Shown here one piece after another: positions 58,115 to 64,000 of a stretch of 64,000 bases of DNA. The stretch comes from Eledone cirrhosa (Eukaryota), in NCBI GenBank assembly GCA_964016885.1, contig OZ024742.1:116436001-116500000 (forward strand), written 5' to 3'. Under the pieces are notes generated by a model. That model ran no database searches, was not told the DNA's origin, and saw only the letters and a list, made by a program, of their open reading frames with translations. How positions within the stretch are numbered: the stretch's first letter is position 1; each line of letters begins with the position of its first letter. Made by a program: the position numbers and the translations under genes.

Positions 58115-60332
58115 ATGGAATTCTTTAAGATCTCTTCTTCTCTAAAAGACATACCTCTACCTAGGAACAAAGATTTTATTAAACAATTAATAGAAATAGA
58201 CTCTTTTATAAGAAGAATCAGGTGGCGTGCTTTCCACTTTGATAAATCTAATCTAAATGAAAATGTTTCAGATTTGGATAAAATTTTCAAATCTAAAAAA
58301 ATCCACCCCCCAACAAACTACTAATGGATCTTGAAAACGATATAATTTCTATCATCCAAGGAATCAAATTCAAGAGAAACTTCAAAGGCCAGGACTATTT
58401 AAGATGCATTAAGGATAATATTGAAAGCTTGGAAAAAACAGAGAAGATCTTAGTGAAATCGGACAAAACTAATAACCTTTATGGAGTACAAAAGGACATG
58501 TATAACGGCCTTATATTGAAAGAACTAAGGAAAAAGTACAATGTAGCAAGTAAGGACGAACTGGAAAAAATGAATACAGAGGCATCTTGCATAATGCATG
58601 AATTAGACATTGAGAATAAAACACAACCCTTCATGCCTAGGAAACCCAAGATCAATATGAAAGATCACAAAAGAAATTTTGAAAATGATTTGCCAGTCAG
58701 ATCGATTGCACCGTCAAAATCTGACCTGGGAAAACTTAGCAAAAACATTCTAGACAGGGTAATACGGCAAATTAAAAACTTACATAATTTACCTTACTTA
58801 AAGTTATGGAAGGGGACTGGTGAGGTTATTGAGTGGTTTAAAGAAATTAAATATAACTATAAAAATAAATTTATCCAGCTTGATATTGCTAACTGCTATT
58901 CATCTATCACTCCTAATCTACTGAATAAGGCATTAAATTACGCATTTAAACATACCGACCTAACTAGCAATGAAATGCACATTATATTATCGGCAAGGAA
59001 AACATTGATAGAATTTAATAACCAACTATGGACTAGGGCAGATAGAGATAAGAATTCCGACATAACTATGGGATCATCTGACTCAGCTCAGGTAACGGAC
59101 CGTGTGGGCCTATTTATAATTAATTCGCTACATAGAAAAATACCAGGTGTAACCGGAGGATTATATCGTGATGACATGCTTTTACTTATTGAAAATAATA
59201 GCTGTGAACTAAATAGGAAAAGAAAACAAATTATACAATTTTTTAATTACCTTAATCTAAAAATAGAAATAGAGAATAACCATAGAATAGTCAATTTTCT
59301 GGATGTAACACTAAATCTCAACACATGTCTTCACTATTCATTTCACAAACTAAATGAGAACTTGAATTATGTTAATTTTAACTCTAATCACCCCCAGATC
59401 TGTTAAAAATACTATAGTGAACTCTGCTCAAGAACGAATTTCAAGAATTTCATCTAATAAAAATATTTTTGATGAAAAAGCGCAGTATTACAATGAAGCG
59501 TTAGCTAGAGCAGGATATAGAGATAAAATTAAGTACATCGATAATAATAAGCAAACTAACCAAAATAATAACAATTTTAATTACGGTAACAACCTTAACA
59601 ACTATAATAGAAAACATTACAATAATTCCAAAAGCCGAAAAAGAAATAGAACTAGAAATATATAATGGTCCCCCCCCCTTCTCACTAAATGTTAAAACCC
59701 ATATTGCTAAACTATTCTTTAATGCTCTTGACAAACGCTTCCCTAGAACACATAAATATCACTCAATTTTTAATAGACACACTATAAAATTAACTTACTC
59801 GTCCACCAAAAATTTAGCACAAAATATTAACAGAATTAATAATAGGAATTTAAAACCTAACCAAAATACCAATAATAACACAAACAATATTCAATTAAAT
59901 AACTGTAACTGTAGAAATAAATCTAACTGTCCGTTAAATAACAACTGCTTAGCTAAAAATGCAGTGTACAATTGTAATGTTAAAACTAATTTAAATTCTT
60001 TTAACTATGTCGGTTCCACCTCGACAGAATTTAAACTTCGCTTCAATAATCATAAGAATTCTTTCACAGATCCAAACAAAACATCCTCAACTTCGCTATC
60101 TAGCCTACTCTGGCACCTTAAACGAGATAATGTTAAATATTCGATGATTTGGAATATTGTCTCAAAAGGTATTCCTTTTAATTCCTCATCAGAGAATTGT
60201 GATCTTTGTGTAGAGGAAATATTCTTTATATTAAAGTCCAAAAATTCCCTTAATTTAAGGAGCAATTTATTCAGTTGCTGCAGACATAGATTGAACTCAA
60301 CGTTTAAATATAAATATAAATTTAAAATGTAG
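58115..60332 (+). pseudogene. PLE reverse transcriptase / GIY-YIG endonuclease ORF, frameshifted
   Basis: Motifs in order: FIRRIRWRAFHF; FIQLDIANCYSSI; ITMGSSDSAQVTD; GLYRDDMLL; VNFLDVTLNL; SNHP; PPFSLNVKT; CNCRNKSNCPLNNNC; YVGSTSTEFKLRFNNHK; CDLC; CCRH. Frame breaks at ~58320, ~59395 and ~59665. Confidence 0.92.
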
Positions 60333-61739
60333 TATAATTAATTAAGAAATTTAGTTAATATATGAAACCTGATGATAAATCATTAGATTCCTTCACCTTT
60401 TTCTTTTTAAACTTTCTTCCTAAATATAAACAAGGATATAATAAACTACTCTAAAATGTATATGCTCCCAATGTATTAATTCAAATTTACGTAGGATAAA
60501 TTCCTATACTAAATATAAGGTCATCCGTAGAATCACTGGGTCTTCTAAATCTTTTAAATTATTTTTGTTTTTTATTTGTTTTTTTACCCTGATAGCTTCT
60601 AATAACTTTCATATGTCTACCCTTGCAATATCTTGTTTGCGATATAGGTAGGATAGATTTCTATAATAAATATATAAAACATATTGTTTTTAACTTGAGA
60701 TACTCTATAGTGTGTTAAAGATATTTTAATGCTTTGATATTTCTGTATTAATATATTGATATTTGATTATCTCTATACAAAGGCCATTTGTGTGTATTAA
60801 CATGCTTATAAAAGGTTTATAGAGTTTATTTATGTGTTCGTATATATATCTGTATATATGCATAACGATGCTGGAAAATTCACGCAGATGTTTATTTATT
60901 TATACATATATTTGTATATGTATGGTTGTGTGTGTATATGTTGATGTGTGGTGCAGATATGCACAATTTTAAATACATGAACGGTAATCATATATGTGAG
61001 GACATGAATATTAATCGTATTTTTATGTATAGATACTGTGAAATTTTTATAACACAAGAAATGTATAGAAGTGATCAAGTGAAATCATTTGTATGTCTAT
61101 ATTGTTGACTGGAGTAGACATAATTTTCTCTTTTTTCAGAACGTGCATATATATATACATATGTGTATCCGTATTTTTATAAATAGGGTAATTTTTTAAG
61201 GTTTTAACTCAGATTTTGGTATATTGACCTCAAGGTTTTAAACTAAACATATGGTCATTATTGAACAATATTATTTTCTCATATTATATATCTATGTCTC
61301 ATTCATGAATATTGATATTTACATTTTTATATTCATTTCATAGAAATTGTTAATTTAACTTAATATGACATGACGTAAAGTTGTCACTATATCCTCCCCT
61401 CTCTATATAGTACTTCCTCTCTCTTAAGTTTCTCTATCTGTATGATGAATTATTATCTCTCTGTTGCTTTCTTTTGTCTTTCTTATTTGTTTATTGTTTC
61501 TTTCTTTTTCAATTCCTCCTATCTATTTTTATATATATCTTCCTTTTCTTTCTCTCCTTCTTTTTTCTCTCTCCTTCTTTATCTCCGTTTTTCTTTTCTC
61601 TCCGTCTTTTTTCTATCTGTGCTTAACACTACAACTAATAAAATAATTATAAACATATCACTATCCAGAGAGCTTCCAAAGGTAATGGTCGCTTCTAATA
61701 GGGTACGTCAAAATTATTTATAAAACTGTTTATATATTG

Positions 61740-61799
61740 TATTTTGTCTGATGAAGGCATATCATATTTTAATTTGGTATCCCTGAAATATGTATAATG
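61740..61799 (+). ncRNA. Hammerhead ribozyme-like motif in 3' pLTR
   Basis: Copy of 57870-57929, with CTGATGA at 61748 and GAAA at 61785. Confidence 0.65.
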
Positions 61800-61844
61800 A
61801 AATAAATATGGTTTTATAAATATAGTTTTCATTTATTTAATATC

Positions 61845-61958
<114 letters not shown>

Positions 61959-61979
61959 ATATATATATATATATATATG

Positions 61980-62177
<198 letters not shown>

Positions 62178-62283
62178 GATATATATAGATATATACATAC
62201 ATACACACATATATATATATATCTACATACATACACATATATATATATATATATATATACGTACATATATATATACACTCATT

Positions 62284-62330
<47 letters not shown>

Positions 62331-62331
<1 letters not shown>

Positions 62332-64000
62332 ATTATTGTATATTTATGTATGTTCTTCTGGTTTTATAATTTCACCAATGTTTTCCCAATGGAGAGAGAG
62401 TCGGTTTCTAACATAGACACAAGACTCTCTCATTGGAATTTACACACCATCAACTAGGTATATTATGTATGCATGTGTAGATATCGATGTTATAGTATGT
62501 GTGGATACGGATGTGTTGAGGTGTATGTGTGCATGCGTATATGCTTTGTATCTGTACATGTGTATATGCAGTTATTAGATGCAACATTTTGGGAATGTTT
62601 TACATATTTTTACTGTTCCATTGATGGATTGTACTTGTAATTTCCTAACTAGTCGTGTTCTTCCTGTTCCTGTGAAGCCTAGTTTCTCAAGATTTGTATT
62701 GAGGCAGTTACTCACATACCCCAGTGCCCCAATAATCACAGGTATAAATCTGAAGGTGTAATAAGGGTGGAGTATCTGCTGATTTCTCATCAGTTCTGCA
62801 TAAATATTCTTCTTTTCGCTAATCTTTGATATTATATTTGCATCTGCTGGGCAGCTAATTTCCACTACTGTGCATGCTTTCTTCTCCCTGTACCATATCA
62901 TAATATCTGGTTTGTTATGCCTGCATTTTATTGGGGTTTTTACTGGAACATTCCACCAGTACTCTTTCATATTATGTACAAGATGTCTTCCACATTGCTG
63001 TACCTTTTAATGTATTTATTATCGGAGCTCTCTTTTTTACGGATTGCATTGTACAGTGTTTTGGCCACTACATCATGCCTCATAGGTAAATAGTACCGCG
63101 ATGACATCTTTGGACAGCTGCTGATTACATATGGTGATATATTCGCTGTTAGTTCTGCAGAGTCTGCACTTATTATCACATCTAGTTGTTTTACCTGCAT
63201 CCCTATCTCTTTTGTGAATCAGGTATGTCGTGTTAATTTCCTGTTCTTGGATTGCAAAAGCGTATCCTTCACAGTGGAAGCCAATATAGCGGTTGTTGGT
63301 CCAAGATAGACTACTTTCTTTATCTATATTACTCTCACTCTGGAGCTTCCTGGCAACATATCCATGCATAAATTTTTGGCTGATAAGCATGCAGTTTTTC
63401 ATCCATGGAATCACTGCGATACTGCTCAGCGACTTCCCTGGGTGTGAGTTTTTGATTATCACACAGGGAATATCTCTCGGGGAGTTCCTTCCCAACTCTC
63501 ATGATATTATATGTTTCATGCAGACAGACTTGCTCGAGAGACGGGCTCTAACGTTTCGAGGTTCGTAGATGTCGGGGAGATATGATGCGACATTCAAATG
63601 ATGTCTGGACTGATATTATGCCTCTGCCTCGCTGCTTACGTTTCAAGTAAAGGCGGTCTATGTCACTGTTGATGTGGAAGATTCCGGTGTTGTTTAGTAT
63701 TTTTCGAGTTACAACCTCAACTTCTCGGATTTCGTCTATCGTCCAATTGAGTATTCCAAACGTTGGTGTTAGGACAGGCACAGCAAAAACATTGTGAGCC
63801 ATTGTTTTGTTTTGCGCAGTGAGTTCCGATGACCAAATCTTTCTTAATCGGGTGTAGTATTCCCTGGTTACACGTTCCTTATTACAGATACCATTATAGG
63901 ATATGTTCTCATCTATCCCCAGGTATCTATAGCAGTCCTCATCAATATCGGTGAAACAGTTAGGCCATTGATGACAATGTTGCTAGATTGGGTTGTTGTT
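62331..64000 (-). mobile_element. R4/Dong-clade non-LTR retrotransposon, 3' part (RT C-terminus, CCHC knuckle, restriction-like endonuclease), frameshifted
   Basis: AVPVLTPTFGILNW, DIDRLYLKRKQRGRG, FAIQEQEINT, CRLC..ISSCP..RHDVVAK, HNKPDIMIW..VEISCP, FIPVIIGALG. 3' UTR hairpin at 62383-62438. Confidence 0.88.

Noticed and set aside
60361-60390. SECIS-like ATGA..AAA..GA hairpin after the PLE stop (some Naiads encode selenoproteins)
   Set aside because: The 3' arm is too short for SECIS geometry, and I saw no in-frame UGA at conserved Cys positions.

Overview
AT-rich eukaryotic DNA crowded with microsatellites. The repeat landscape resembles a cephalopod (octopus-like) genome, which is an inference. 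I found no host protein-coding gene, and most ORF-track entries are artefacts of (TA)n/(CA)n/(GA)n tracts. The supportable content is retroelement-derived: (1) a near full-length but frameshifted Penelope-like element (PLE; RT + GIY-YIG) at 57671-61850 with direct and inverted pseudo-LTRs, plus a second, more decayed one at 31848-34655; (2) two 5'-truncated CR1-clade LINE copies inside a ~13 kb tandem segmental duplication (41650-54590); (3) an R4/Dong-type LINE with a restriction-like endonuclease running off the right edge; (4) RTE and L1/Tx1 remnants and three tandem RTE-derived bipartite elements; (5) many SINEs. The most striking hidden layer is about 15 type-I hammerhead ribozyme motifs or half-motifs from several unrelated sequence families. 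Most lie in short inverted-repeat cassettes fused to (TA)n tracts. In several, the fold-back point falls in or at the base of ribozyme stem II, suggesting the ribozyme hairpin primes the inverted duplication. One family carries the same non-canonical core (CAGAAGA with a CUU site) in several copies. All folds and alignments were done by eye.
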